Shown one piece after another: positions 9,112 to 19,398 of a DNA stretch of 64,000 nt (its first letter is position 1; each line of letters starts with the position of its first letter). Both the position numbers and the translations under genes were made by a program. Source of the DNA: Candidatus Eiseniibacteriota bacterium (GTDB lineage Bacteria; Eisenbacteria; RBG-16-71-46; JABDJR01); NCBI GenBank assembly GCA_963762255.1, contig CAVXKA010000001.1, forward strand, positions 1,472,001-1,536,000. Reading direction: 5' to 3'. The notes beneath the pieces are model-generated. The model did no database searches. It saw only the letters and a list, made by a program, of their open reading frames with translations, and was not told the DNA's origin.

Positions 9112-11275
9112 GCGGCTGCGCATGCGTGACCCGAACGGGGTGGAGCGCGCCGTCCACTTCGGCCGCGGGCTTGGCGTGATTCTCGGCGGCAGCGAGTCGG
9201 GGAAGACCCGTCTCGCCTCGGTTCTCTTCGAGACGCTCTTCGGGCCTCGCCTCGGGTGCCGCCCCGAGGGCTGCGCGCCGATTCTCGGCGTCGCCGCCTG
9301 GGCGGAGGTGACGTTCCACGTCGGTCCTCGCCGGTTCGTATTGCGCCGCGGTTTCCTTCGGGGAAGCGTGTTGCTCGTCGAGGAATGCGCGGAGGGCGGA
9401 TCCACCAAGACGGTCTGGTTCAAGGGGACCTCGTCCGACCCCGGGCACGAGGCGGCATGGCGCCGTGCTCTGCACGGGCTCCTCGGCGTGTCGCACGGAG
9501 GTGTGTGGGCCGACTCGGGGTTCGTGCTGCAGGGCGAGCTCGCCTTGCGCGCCGGTTCAACAGGGAACCCCGGGGGTGAGGGAGGCGGACACGCGGAGGC
9601 GCGGGAGGCGCTGGCCGTGCTCGAATCCGAGAATCGCGCTCTCGTCGGGGGCGCGGGGAGCGGCCGGCCGGGCACGCTGGACGAGACTCGCGCCGAGCTG
9701 GAACAGCGGCGAGGCGAGGCCGCGCAATGGGAAGAGCGCGCGGCCCGTCTGTGGAGTCTGGAGGAGGAGCGCGAGCGGCTCGAATCGGAGCGGGCTCAGG
9801 CCGAGCAGGAGTCGGCGGAGCAAGAGGAGATGTTGCAGAACCTCAAGCGTTTCGAGGATCTCACCCAGGATCGCACGCGCCTCGAGGAGACCCTCGGCCA
9901 GCTTCGTGGAGAGCAGAACCGGATTCGAAAGCAGGTGGAGGCGGTGGAGGCGGGCGAGACGCGTCTCGAAGCGGACTTCGCCGATTTCCTCGACGCTCCC
10001 GGCGACTTGGAAGAGTGCGTGCACGGGTGGTCGGAAAGCGCGGCGCGGCTGCGCGACGTGGAAGTGGACCTGGCTCGTATCGAGGACGTGATCGCGTCGC
10101 TGCCGCGAAGCCACGCACGCCGGACCGGGCTTCTCGCCGCGGCGGCGCTCGGGGCCCTGGCGTGGCTGGCCTGTCTGGGTGCGGACGCCATGACCGTCGG
10201 GTTCATTCTCGCCCCCTTCCTGGCCGCCGGCGGGTACGGCGCCGTCTGGTACCTCGATCGCAACACGCAGAAAATGCGGCTGCGGCAGGAGCAGGATCTG
10301 GTCCGCCTGAGCGCGGAGCATGACGAGGTGGCTCGGCGCGAGCGCGAAGCCCGAGCCGGGCTGGGACGCCTGAGTCGCCTCGGCGATCCTTCCGCACTGC
10401 GGGCCGCATACCGTCGTTACACCGAGGCTCGCGGAACGCTCGACCGCGCCCGAACCGCTCGCGACAGCCATCGCCCGTTGCTCGAGGTCGTGGACGCGTA
10501 CGAGCAGGTCTTTGCCGATCTCCAGCTTCTCGACACCCAGACCCGCGATCTTGTGGCGCGGGCCAGGTACCTCTCGGGTCTCGACGCGAACGCGCAGGTG
10601 CTGGCGGTCGAGATGGAGAAGGCGCGGGGCCGAGGCGAGGCGGCGGTCGCGCGGTGCGCCCGGGCTGCCGAGGCTCTCGTCGACGTGCAGGGGGAGATGG
10701 CGCGCCTGGAGTCGGAGGTGCCGGCGCCGGGCTGGCTCGCGGAGGATCTCGTGCGACTCGAGGCGCGAGCGGAGCGTCTCGACCGGCGCGCCGAGGCCAC
10801 CCGGATTGCCGTGGGCGTGCTTCAGGAGTGCATTCGCGAGTTCCAGGACGAGTTTCTCGACCGGCTTGCCGAGCGCGCAAGCGTCCACCTCGCCGCGCTC
10901 ACCGACAATCGCTTCACGGAGGTGCGTTTCGGCAGCGTCGAGCGGATAGAGGCCCGGCAGGCGGTCGGGGAGTGGTGCGAAGACGTTCGGTTGAGCGGGG
11001 TGACTCGAAACGCGCTCCACCTGGCGGTGCGAATCGCCATCGCCGAGGGCGTGAGCGGGGACCGGGCACTCCCCATCGTGCTGGACGAGCCCTGCGCGGC
11101 CTGGGATGACGAGCGACTTGCCGCCGCGCACCGTGCCTTCGCCGCGCTCGCTCGCGCCGGCCGCCAGGTCGTCGTGCTCAGCGCGGACGAACGTCTCGCC
11201 GCGTGGGACGTGACCTGGGAGCGCCTTTCCGCTCCGCCGGAGCGGAACGAGGACGCTCACCGCCGCGCCGCCTGA
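9101..11275 (+). CDS. SbcC/YhaN-like SMC-type coiled-coil ATPase with central TM hairpin
   Basis: Walker A GGSESGKT, long coiled coils, two hydrophobic segments, LSG signature, Walker B PIVLDEP; overlaps the upstream gene. Confidence 0.75.
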   Translation: MWIERLRMRDPNGVERAVHFGRGLGVILGGSESGKTRLASVLFETLFGPRLGCRPEGCAPILGVAAWAEVTFHVGPRRFVLRRGFLRGSVLLVEECAEGGSTKTVWFKGTSSDPGHEAAWRRALHGLLGVSHGGVWADSGFVLQGELALRAGSTGNPGGEGGGHAEAREALAVLESENRALVGGAGSGRPGTLDETRAELEQRRGEAAQWEERAARLWSLEEERERLESERAQAEQESAEQEEMLQNLKRFEDLTQDRTRLEETLGQLRGEQNRIRKQVEAVEAGETRLEADFADFLDAPGDLEECVHGWSESAARLRDVEVDLARIEDVIASLPRSHARRTGLLAAAALGALAWLACLGADAMTVGFILAPFLAAGGYGAVWYLDRNTQKMRLRQEQDLVRLSAEHDEVARREREARAGLGRLSRLGDPSALRAAYRRYTEARGTLDRARTARDSHRPLLEVVDAYEQVFADLQLLDTQTRDLVARARYLSGLDANAQVLAVEMEKARGRGEAAVARCARAAEALVDVQGEMARLESEVPAPGWLAEDLVRLEARAERLDRRAEATRIAVGVLQECIREFQDEFLDRLAERASVHLAALTDNRFTEVRFGSVERIEARQAVGEWCEDVRLSGVTRNALHLAVRIAIAEGVSGDRALPIVLDEPCAAWDDERLAAAHRAFAALARAGRQVVVLSADERLAAWDVTWERLSAPPERNEDAHRRAA

Positions 11276-11348
11276 GTTGTTGCGCGGCGGTCGTGCCGGC
11301 CGTCTCGCTCTGGTCGCCACTCTGCCGCCCGGATAGAATCACGAGCCT

Positions 11349-12206
11349 ATGCGTTCAACCATCCGAGCACCGCTCACCCTCCTCGCCGCCCTGTGTTTGA
11401 TCCACCTGCCCGCCCGTGCCGCGGCTCGCACGGAGGAGCTTTACCTTTCCCTCGCGCCGGGCCCGCTTCGCCTCGCGCTGCCGTCGCCCGACGGAAGTCG
11501 GCTGGCCGTGATCGGCGGTCCGGGTGAGGAAGGGCGCGAGCACACCGTGCTCGTGGTGGACGGTTCCTGCCGTGGCGACTCCCTCCGCGTGGTCACGCTC
11601 TCGCGGAGCGCCTCCTATCTCAACCGGCCCGAGGAAATGCCCGTCGATTATCTGCGCCTGCAGTGGTCGCCGGATGGAACGCACCTCTACGCGTTGGGTT
11701 CGGTGTACCGGTTGCGAGAGGATGGAGGCGCCCTCGTCGCGCGCGCGCTACGCACCGTGCCCAAGCCCGTGCTCGATTTCCGCTTCGGCCCGGCCGATCG
11801 CGCGGCCGGTATCGGCGTGAGCGAGGCCCGCCGCCGCGAGGTGCGCAAGGGCGAGCAGGGCTTCATCGTCATCATGGAGTACGCGATCTACGCGCTCGAC
11901 GGCGATCTCGTCATCCCCATCCCGCCCCGCGAGAAGTACGGCGTTGCCTGGTTGCCGAAAGAGTATCCGGATGCGCCGGCTCTGGAGTGGGAGCCGGACG
12001 GCAAGCTCCTCCTCTTCTACCCCTATCACTACATCACCGAGCGGTTCGAAGCGGGGAAGGAACGAGACGAGATCAAGGACCGGCGTCCGACGCCACGGGC
12101 GGAGCCGGGGATGGGGCCGTTCGCCTTCTCCAAGCCCTGCGCGCGAACCTGGACGCTCGTTTCCGACGGGCGGTCGGATCGCGTGATCCTCGATCGGCGG
12201 GATTGA
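11349..12206 (+). CDS. Secreted hypothetical protein with WD40/TolB-like blades
   Basis: Signal peptide ending ARA; SPDG, WSPDG and WEPDG turns. Confidence 0.55.
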   Translation: MRSTIRAPLTLLAALCLIHLPARAAARTEELYLSLAPGPLRLALPSPDGSRLAVIGGPGEEGREHTVLVVDGSCRGDSLRVVTLSRSASYLNRPEEMPVDYLRLQWSPDGTHLYALGSVYRLREDGGALVARALRTVPKPVLDFRFGPADRAAGIGVSEARRREVRKGEQGFIVIMEYAIYALDGDLVIPIPPREKYGVAWLPKEYPDAPALEWEPDGKLLLFYPYHYITERFEAGKERDEIKDRRPTPRAEPGMGPFAFSKPCARTWTLVSDGRSDRVILDRRD

Positions 12207-12982
12207 TGCTCGAGACTCGGGGCCTGACCAGGGACTACGGCGCCTTCCGCGCGGTGGATCATCTCGATCTGCATGTGGAACGCGGCGAGCTGTTCGGATT
12301 CCTGGGACCCAACGGCGCAGGCAAGACCACTACGGTGAAGATGATGGTCGGATTGCTGCGCCCCACCGAGGGGACCGTCCTCGTGGACGGCCTCGACGTG
12401 CGCACCGAAACCGGCAAGGTCAAGGCGAAGGTCGGCTACGTGGCCGAGGAGCCTCAGCTCTACGACAAGCTCACGGTGCGCGAGTTCCTCACCTTCTGCG
12501 GCGAGCTGTACGGCGTTCCCGTACCCGAGGCCCGCCGCCGCGGAGATGACTGGCTCGACTTCATGGCCCTGGCGGATCAGGCCGACAAGCTGATCGAGAC
12601 CCTCTCCCACGGTCTTCGCCAGCGGGTGGCCTTGGGGGCCGCCCTCATCCATCGCCCCCCGGTGCTCTTCCTGGACGAGCCCACGGTCGGTCTCGACCCG
12701 CGCAGCGCCCGTCAGGTGAAGGACTACCTGCGCGCGCTCTGCAAGGAAGGCACCACCGTCTTTCTCACCACGCACATCCTGGAGATCGCCGAGAAGATCT
12801 GCGACCGGGTGGGCATCCTGGATCGGGGCCGTCTCCGCGCGCTCGGTTCGCTCGAGACCCTTCGAGGCGAGGCGCGCGACCGAAGCCTCGAGGACATCTT
12901 TCTCGAACTCACCGCGGGGACGCGCGAACCGGAAGACGCGCAGTCTCCGGTCGACCCTCGGCCGCCCGCCCCGTCGTCATGA
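12206..12982 (+). CDS. ABC transporter ATP-binding protein (ABC-2/CcmA type)
   Basis: GPNGAGKT, LSHGLRQR, LFLDEPTVGLD, TTHIL; TGATG coupling to the upstream gene. Confidence 0.93.
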   Translation: MLETRGLTRDYGAFRAVDHLDLHVERGELFGFLGPNGAGKTTTVKMMVGLLRPTEGTVLVDGLDVRTETGKVKAKVGYVAEEPQLYDKLTVREFLTFCGELYGVPVPEARRRGDDWLDFMALADQADKLIETLSHGLRQRVALGAALIHRPPVLFLDEPTVGLDPRSARQVKDYLRALCKEGTTVFLTTHILEIAEKICDRVGILDRGRLRALGSLETLRGEARDRSLEDIFLELTAGTREPEDAQSPVDPRPPAPSS

Positions 12983-14553
12983 TCCCGTTCCATCGGCTGC
13001 TCCGGTACCGCTTCATCGCGCTCTGGAACGGATCCCTCTCGAGTCAGTCGCGCCACCGGACCATGAATTGGGTCATGGTCGTGTTCGTGATCCCCTGGAT
13101 GTTCCTCTTCTTCGGGGGGGTGGGGATCGGCATGGGGCGCGCGGCGCGCGATGCACCAGCCGCCCCGCTCCTGCTCGCGTGGATCGTGACCGGACTCCTC
13201 GCCAGCGAGTTCCTCCTCATGCTGGTGGGGGAAGTCGGAGGATTCGCGAACCTCCTCTTCTTCTCCGGGCGCGGCGAGTGGCTGCGGCGGGCGCCGATAT
13301 CCGGCCGACGTTTTCTCCTGTACCAGGTCATGGAGGGGACGCTGGTCATGGCGGCGGTGCCGACGATGTTCCTCTTCGTCGTCTTTCTATGCGTCCTCGT
13401 GGGATACAAGGCCTCGGTCGCGGTCATTCTCGGGGGGGTGCTTGCCTTTGCGCTGGTGCGGCTCATGCCGCTCGGGCTCTCCCTGGTCACCGTGTGGCTT
13501 CTCGCCCCGCGCACGAGCCGGGAGACCTTCCGATGGCTGGACGCGATTCTCGGCCTCATCTTCGGCTTTCTCATGCTCGCCCTGTGGCGGGTGAACATCG
13601 ATCCCGACGCGATGCTGGGCCTCATCGAAGGGCGCATCGTGCCACCGATTCCGCCGATCCTGATCGCGCTCTTTCCCCCCGCAGCGGTGGGAAGCATCAC
13701 GAGCACGCTCCTGGCCGGCGGCGCCTTGCCTCTGTACACCGTGCTTCTCGCCGTCACCCAGACCGCGCTTCTCGTCGGTTTGCCTCTGGCGCTGGCGGAC
13801 CGATGGCTCGCCGAGGGGCGCTATCCCGAGCCGGGTTCCTCCGCGGTTCGTTCGCGCACTTGGTGGGGTGGTCCCTCCGGCCCCTTCTTTGCGATGCTCC
13901 GCAAAGACACGCTGGTGTTTCTTCGCGAGGGGCGCCTGGGATTGAGGCTTGCCGCGTCGGCCGTGACCACGCTCATGGTCATCTGGTTCGTGTTTGCCCA
14001 TCAGGGGTCCGCGGGGGGGAGTCCCGCCCTGCTGGTGCTCTTCCTCATCTCATCGGAGGCGGGGATGCTGGTGATCCCCAGCGAGGGGAAGGGGATGGTA
14101 TGGGTGGCAGGATCGCCGTTCTCGCCACGTGCCTTCGTGCTGGCCAAGCTCGGAATCGCGCTCTTCTTTACCGCGGTCACGGCCTCCGTCCCGCTCCTCA
14201 TTCTGGGGCTCGGCCACGACTGGCCCGCCCGGGCGTGGGGGGTGGCGTTCCTCGCCGGGCCGCTGGTGGCGCTCATGGGGGCGTCGGTGGGAGTCCTGCT
14301 CGCCGCCCGTTGGGGGCGCCTCGACTGGGACGATCCCCGGCGCATGCTCCAGCCCGCCGCCCATCTCTTTCACGGGGTCTTCATCATCGTCGGGTTTATC
14401 GCGGTGGCCACTGCGGGCGCGTTGGCCAGCGAGGATGCCCTCGCGGTGCGAGGTTGGGCCCTGACCGCGCTCGCGGCGGCGAGCGCTCTCGTCACCTGGG
14501 CGAGCCTCGCTCTTGCCATCCGCGCCGCCGCGCGTAAAGAATGGCTGGTCTAG
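12979..14553 (+). CDS. Putative ABC exporter permease
   Basis: About a dozen hydrophobic segments; ATGA overlap with the ATPase gene. Confidence 0.75.
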   Translation: MIPFHRLLRYRFIALWNGSLSSQSRHRTMNWVMVVFVIPWMFLFFGGVGIGMGRAARDAPAAPLLLAWIVTGLLASEFLLMLVGEVGGFANLLFFSGRGEWLRRAPISGRRFLLYQVMEGTLVMAAVPTMFLFVVFLCVLVGYKASVAVILGGVLAFALVRLMPLGLSLVTVWLLAPRTSRETFRWLDAILGLIFGFLMLALWRVNIDPDAMLGLIEGRIVPPIPPILIALFPPAAVGSITSTLLAGGALPLYTVLLAVTQTALLVGLPLALADRWLAEGRYPEPGSSAVRSRTWWGGPSGPFFAMLRKDTLVFLREGRLGLRLAASAVTTLMVIWFVFAHQGSAGGSPALLVLFLISSEAGMLVIPSEGKGMVWVAGSPFSPRAFVLAKLGIALFFTAVTASVPLLILGLGHDWPARAWGVAFLAGPLVALMGASVGVLLAARWGRLDWDDPRRMLQPAAHLFHGVFIIVGFIAVATAGALASEDALAVRGWALTALAAASALVTWASLALAIRAAARKEWLV

Positions 14554-14584
14554 ATCGGCGGTTTTGGCTGCGGAGAGCATCACG

Positions 14585-15955
14585 ATGACCTCGATGGAGC
14601 GCCCGCGCGCGGTAGTTGTCGACAAAGATGACGTGCGTGGGCGGGAGATGGCGAGCTTCCTCGAGAACTCCCTGGGTTGCGAAGTGACCTGGGTGCGTGA
14701 CGGGGAGGCGGCGTACAACGTCCTCGACGGAGAGGTCGTGGACGTGCTTGTCACCGACCTCCGCGCCCAGCGCATCGACGGGTTGCGCTTGCTGGAGATC
14801 GCCCGCGCGCGCAACCCCGAGGCGGCGGTGATCCTGATCGCTCCCGACGCCGAGCTTGCGACCGCCACGGAGGCCATGCGTCGCGGCGCCTACGACGTGC
14901 AGACCCGCCCCATCAATCTGGAGCGTCTGGGCGCGGTGGTGGAGCGGGCGCTTTCGCACCAGCGTCTGGTCGTCGCGGTGAGCGACTTGCAGGCGCGTCT
15001 CGACCATCGCTACGGCATCCAGCACCTCACCGGCATGGCGCCGCAAATGGTCCAGATCTACGACCGCATCCGCCAGTTGGCCAATGCCCGCACGACCATC
15101 CTCGTCACCGGCGACACCGGCACCGGCAAGGAATTGGTGGCCAAGGCCATCCACCACTTGAGTCCGCGACGCAACGAGCCGTTCGTGGCGCTGAACTGCA
15201 GCGCTCTGGCCGAGGGGGTGGTGGAGAGCGAACTCTTCGGCCACGAGCGGGGAGCGTTCACCGGCGCGGTCAGCGAGCGCAAGGGGCGGTTCGAAATAGC
15301 CGACGGCGGCACCCTCTTCCTGGACGAGATCTCGGAGGTGAGCGCGGCGGTGCAGGTCAAGCTCCTGCGCGTGATCCAGGAGCGGGAGTTCGAGAGGGTG
15401 GGAAGCGCCCGCTCCATCAGCGTGGACGTGCGCCTCATCTGCGCCACCAACCGAGACCTGGGAGCCATGGTCCGCCAGGGGAGCTTCCGCGAGGATCTCT
15501 ACTACCGTCTGAACGTCGCCTCCATCCATCTGCCGCCCCTGCGTGAGCGCAAGTCGGACATCCCGATTCTTGTCGACGAGTTCATCAAGCAATTCAACGA
15601 AGAGAACAAGCGCCGGGTGAAGGGGATCACTCGCGGAGCGATGGAGTTGCTCATGCAGTACGACTGGCCGGGGAACGTGCGCGAGCTGCGCAACCTGGTC
15701 GAGGGGATGGTCGTGTTCGGCCGGGATGCCATGCCGCTCGACGTGGGGGATCTTCCTACCCACCTCCGCACGCAAGCTCCCACCTCGCGCGATCTGAGGC
15801 TACGAATCGGGATGACCATGCAGGAGATCGAGATCCGTGCGATCGAGGAAACGCTGAAGGCGACCGGCTACGACAAGCAGCGCACGGCGCAGATTCTCGA
15901 GATCGGGCTGCGCACGCTCTATCGAAAGATGAAGCAGTATCAGATCGGGGGTTGA
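14585..15955 (+). CDS. Sigma54-dependent response regulator (NtrC/AtoC family: REC-AAA+-Fis HTH)
   Basis: GDTGTGKE, ESELFGHERGAFTGA, LFLDEI, FREDLYYRL, WPGNVREL and C-terminal HTH (LEIGLRTLYRK). Confidence 0.95.
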   Translation: MTSMERPRAVVVDKDDVRGREMASFLENSLGCEVTWVRDGEAAYNVLDGEVVDVLVTDLRAQRIDGLRLLEIARARNPEAAVILIAPDAELATATEAMRRGAYDVQTRPINLERLGAVVERALSHQRLVVAVSDLQARLDHRYGIQHLTGMAPQMVQIYDRIRQLANARTTILVTGDTGTGKELVAKAIHHLSPRRNEPFVALNCSALAEGVVESELFGHERGAFTGAVSERKGRFEIADGGTLFLDEISEVSAAVQVKLLRVIQEREFERVGSARSISVDVRLICATNRDLGAMVRQGSFREDLYYRLNVASIHLPPLRERKSDIPILVDEFIKQFNEENKRRVKGITRGAMELLMQYDWPGNVRELRNLVEGMVVFGRDAMPLDVGDLPTHLRTQAPTSRDLRLRIGMTMQEIEIRAIEETLKATGYDKQRTAQILEIGLRTLYRKMKQYQIGG

Positions 15956-16001
15956 CCGCCGAGGCCTCGGCGGGCGCCACCACGCTGTCCCGTTCGGTTC
16001 G

Positions 16002-16075
16002 ACATCACCCGAACCGGCTGTCCCTCCCGGTACGATTCTCGCCGTCGGGTCTCGGTACCCCGGTTCGAGTGATGT
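16002..16075. repeat. 16-bp inverted repeat (1 mismatch), candidate enhancer/UAS or hairpin
   Basis: acatcacccgaaccgg (16002-16017) and ccggttcgagtgatgt (16060-16075). Confidence 0.6.
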
Positions 16076-16129
16076 TGTAACTCATTTGTTTACAATTAGT
16101 TACAGTCAATACGATCCCCGGATTTCCCT

Positions 16130-16144
16130 TGGCATCGGAGTTGC
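16130..16144 (+). promoter_or_regulatory. Sigma54 (-24/-12) promoter
   Basis: TGGCAtcggagTTGC has exact GG-N10-GC spacing; AT-rich tract just upstream; about 63 nt before ATG 16208. Confidence 0.8.
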
Positions 16145-16207
16145 GATACATGGCGCCCGTGCTCGGGCGGACCGATGAACACAGGGCCAGGACAGGAGGA
16201 TTCGACG

Positions 16208-17390
16208 ATGCGACAGAGTGGATGGCGGCTTTCTGCCGTCGCGCTGATGGGAGCGGCAACGCTCGCCCTTCTACTTTTCGGGTGCGGCGACGATAAGTCG
16301 ATCACATCCGGCTTCGATGGCTTCGAGAATGAGACCGCCGAGATGTCCATCGACCTCGGTATAGAGGACGGCGGAGTCGGGACGTCGGCCGAGCAACCGG
16401 GCTTCGGCGAAAGCTACTTCGACCGGTACCTGCAGGGCGGGGAGCCGGTCGTCGATGCGTTGAACGCGGATCCGAGAATGAATCCTCTCGAGCGGCGTCC
16501 CGGTACCTCCGTGCAGTACCTGCGCGTCACGTGGGGAAACCTGCGGCGCGGGCCCGAAGCGGTCGACGACACGACGCGGGGGCCGGTCCTCGACTGGAGC
16601 GGCAAGGCGGTCGTCTCCGATGGGCTCCTCCTGCCGCTGCAGGTGCTCCGCTTCGAGCGCGGTGACTTTCTCGTGCGCCCCACGAAGCCGGAGCCGGGCC
16701 AGCCTGCCAACCGCCAGGTTGTGGAGTGGGTCTCCAAGACCGCGGGCGCGTGGGACGGTGTCCTGCTCAAGATCGTGGTGCCTCCGGCGGGTGACTCCAC
16801 GTTCGCCGCCTATCGCTTGAACGTCAATGGGGACGGGCTCACCGTCGACGACCTCTTCACATTCGACACCGAGCTTCTCGACGTGAGCTTCCCGCTGAAC
16901 GGGATCGCTGATCTCGACACCGTGATCCTGCTCGACGAAGAGAACGGGGTCTCGTTCACCGGCTTCAGCCGGGAAGACGTGGAACTCTGCCCGCGGGGCG
17001 CCCTCGTCGGCGCGTGGGTGAAGGTGGACACCGACAGCGCGAACGGCGGGTTCTTCCGCGCGGTGTGGGAAGGTCCCCTCGGCGACGTGCGCGGCCATCT
17101 GCGAGGCCGCTGGGGTGTTCTCGAGGACGGCACCCAGGCCTTCGTCGGCAAGATCATCGACCGCAAAGGCGGCTATGCCGGCTTCGTGCGCGGGACGTGG
17201 GAGGCGGATGCCGCCGATCCCACCCAGGGGACATTTCACGGAATCTGGAAGCGGCGAGCCGGCGACGGACCGCCGGCGGTGGTCGGGACCGTGCGCGGTG
17301 TGTGGGGCCTGAGCGACCGCATCCGAGAAGGGTGGACTCCTTCGCGGGGTGTGGAAGAAGGACTGCGGGGAAGCGAACGGCGCCGACTGA
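16208..17390 (+). CDS. Lipoprotein of unknown function with repeated GxxxGxW strands; +1 frameshift near 17324 (uncorrected frame runs to 17470)
   Basis: SD caggagga; lipobox LLLFGC; repeats GFFRAVW, GHLRGRW, GFVRGTW, GTFHGIW, GTVRGVW continue as GLLRGVW in the shifted frame to TGA 17390. Confidence 0.65.
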
Positions 17391-17426
17391 CCGACGCGAG
17401 TCACGCAGATCCTAACCGGACCAGGA

Positions 17427-17461
17427 AAGGCGGGGCGGTCTCGTGGAGGCCGCCCCGCCTT
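17427..17461. terminator. Terminator-like hairpin
   Basis: aaggcggggcggtctc-gtg-gaggccgccccgcctt. Confidence 0.7.
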
Positions 17462-17506
17462 GCTGCGTGATATCCTGACCCGTCTCAAACCAGGAGGGTC
17501 CGTCTC

Positions 17507-17986
17507 GTGTCCGATGCGCATCCCCGCCTCGATTGGGATCAGTACTTCATGCAGATCTGCCGGGTGGTGGCCCAGCGTTCCACCTGTAACCGGGCCGCGG
17601 TGGGTGCGGTGATCGTGCGAGCGCGCGCGATCCTGGCCACCGGGTACAACGGCTCTCCTGCGGGCATGCCGCACTGCACGGAAGTGGGGTGCCTCGTCAC
17701 CACATCGCGCACCCCCGACGGCGAGGAAGAGGAGAACTGCTTCCGGACCATCCACGCGGAAATCAACGCCATCGCCCAGGCGGCCAGGCACGGCGTGATG
17801 ATCGCGGGCAGCGACATCTACATCACCCACAGCCCCTGCATCCACTGCCTGAAGACGCTCATCAACACGGGCATCCAGCGCGTCTGCTACGAGAAGCCGT
17901 ACAAGCTCGACCGCGTCGAGGAGCTGGTGCGCCTGAGCGGGATCCGGATGGTGCAGGTGAGCATGGACGAGATCGCGAGACCCTGA
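17507..17986 (+). CDS. dCMP deaminase / ComEB family protein
   Basis: RSTC, VGAVIV, TGYNG, HAEINA and SPCIHC Zn-deaminase motifs. Confidence 0.92.
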   Translation: MSDAHPRLDWDQYFMQICRVVAQRSTCNRAAVGAVIVRARAILATGYNGSPAGMPHCTEVGCLVTTSRTPDGEEEENCFRTIHAEINAIAQAARHGVMIAGSDIYITHSPCIHCLKTLINTGIQRVCYEKPYKLDRVEELVRLSGIRMVQVSMDEIARP

Positions 17987-18017
17987 ACTCCACGGTCTGC
18001 TCGCGTCCCGGGCTTTC

Positions 18018-19331
18018 CTACTCCCCGACGCGCGGCGGCGCGTACTCCTCGTCGAGCCGCACCGGGTACGCGTAGGGACTTCCCCAGAGCGTGCGGAAGT
18101 CGCGGTCGAGCGCGGCGGTGAGTTCTCGGCTCTGTGCCACCAACCCCACGTTGCGCGTCGTGTAGAAGTAGCTCTTCTCCCAGTTGCTCGTCCCCACCCA
18201 GCATGTCGTCCCGTCCACGGTCATGTACTTGGCGTGGGTCACGCGCGCGAAGGGGATGAAACCCGTCGAGGCCTCGGGGATCGTGACGAGGCGCACTTCA
18301 ATCCCCGGCACGCAGGTGAGGCTCTTGAGGAAGTCGATCGCCGGTTTGCGCTTGCTCCAGTCGGCGACCATGAGCCGCACGCGAACGCCTCGCACCGCCG
18401 CCCGCCGCAGCGCGTCGTCGAGCTCCGGCCAATAGGTCTTGTCGCGCGAGACCGGGTTGTACGTGAGGACGGTGACCTGGATCGAGTCGCGCGCGCCGTC
18501 GATGGCCGCAACGATCTGCGGGAGATCCCACGAGGTGGGGTCGGGGAGGCGGCCGGTCGGGCTCATGGCAGGGCGGAAGCGCGCGGTGTCTCCGGACGCC
18601 TCGATCCACGCGAAGGGGAGATGGGCTCTGTAGGTCAGAATGGGGCCCGTCACCTCCGGGAGCGGCCGCGCTGCGTCCAGCGGACTCGCGTCGGCCCAGT
18701 CCGCCTCGAATACCCGATCCAGCTCGACCGCGTACTCTGGGAAGGGGACGCGCACCCCGATCTCGTGGATGTGCTCGAGCGCGCGCCAGTCGAAGTTCTG
18801 GCTCCCGAAATACGCCTCCCACGCATCGACCACAAAGTACTTGGCGTGCATGACGCCGCCGGTGAGCGCGCGGTAGTCGATGAGCCGCACCTGCACGTTC
18901 TTCGCCCGCGACAGCCGGTCGAGCGTGGCGGGGTAGGTCTTGTAGAACCCGGCGTCGCCGAGCACCCGCACCCGCACGCCTCGCTCGCCGGCCGCCTCGA
19001 TGGCGACGATCGTCGGTTCGAGGCGGCTCCCCGGCTCGTCCGAGAAGTAGAAGCTCGGCGACGTCGAGCGTGCTCCGGGCCCGGCCGATCATCTCCGGCC
19101 ACACCTGCCACGCATCGGGCACCTCCGGGTGGTCGAGGATCGTCTCCACAGGCGCGGTCTCGACGACCGTGATCGATGCCGGGGGGTCAGAGGAAACCTC
19201 TCCCGCGTGTGCGGGACACCAGGATGCCACGGCCAGCGCTGCCGAGAACAGGCCGACGCGGCGGAGAAGCGGGCGCAGTGACCGAACGAGAGCGGGCGCA
19301 GTGACGCGAGCGAGAGCGGGCTGGTTTTCAC
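18018..19331 (-). CDS. Exported phospholipase D family protein (PLD3/4, K4-like); frameshift near 19053, start uncertain
   Basis: Two HKD motifs (HAKYFVVD, HAKYMTVD); removing one base at ~19053 joins LDVAE to FYFSDEPGSRL; signal-like segment ending AHA. Confidence 0.8.
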
Positions 19332-19398
19332 GGGCGGCCTCCGCTAGATTGAGCTTTGCTGCGGGAAACGTCCTGGATCTTACGCCCACGCCCCGCGC

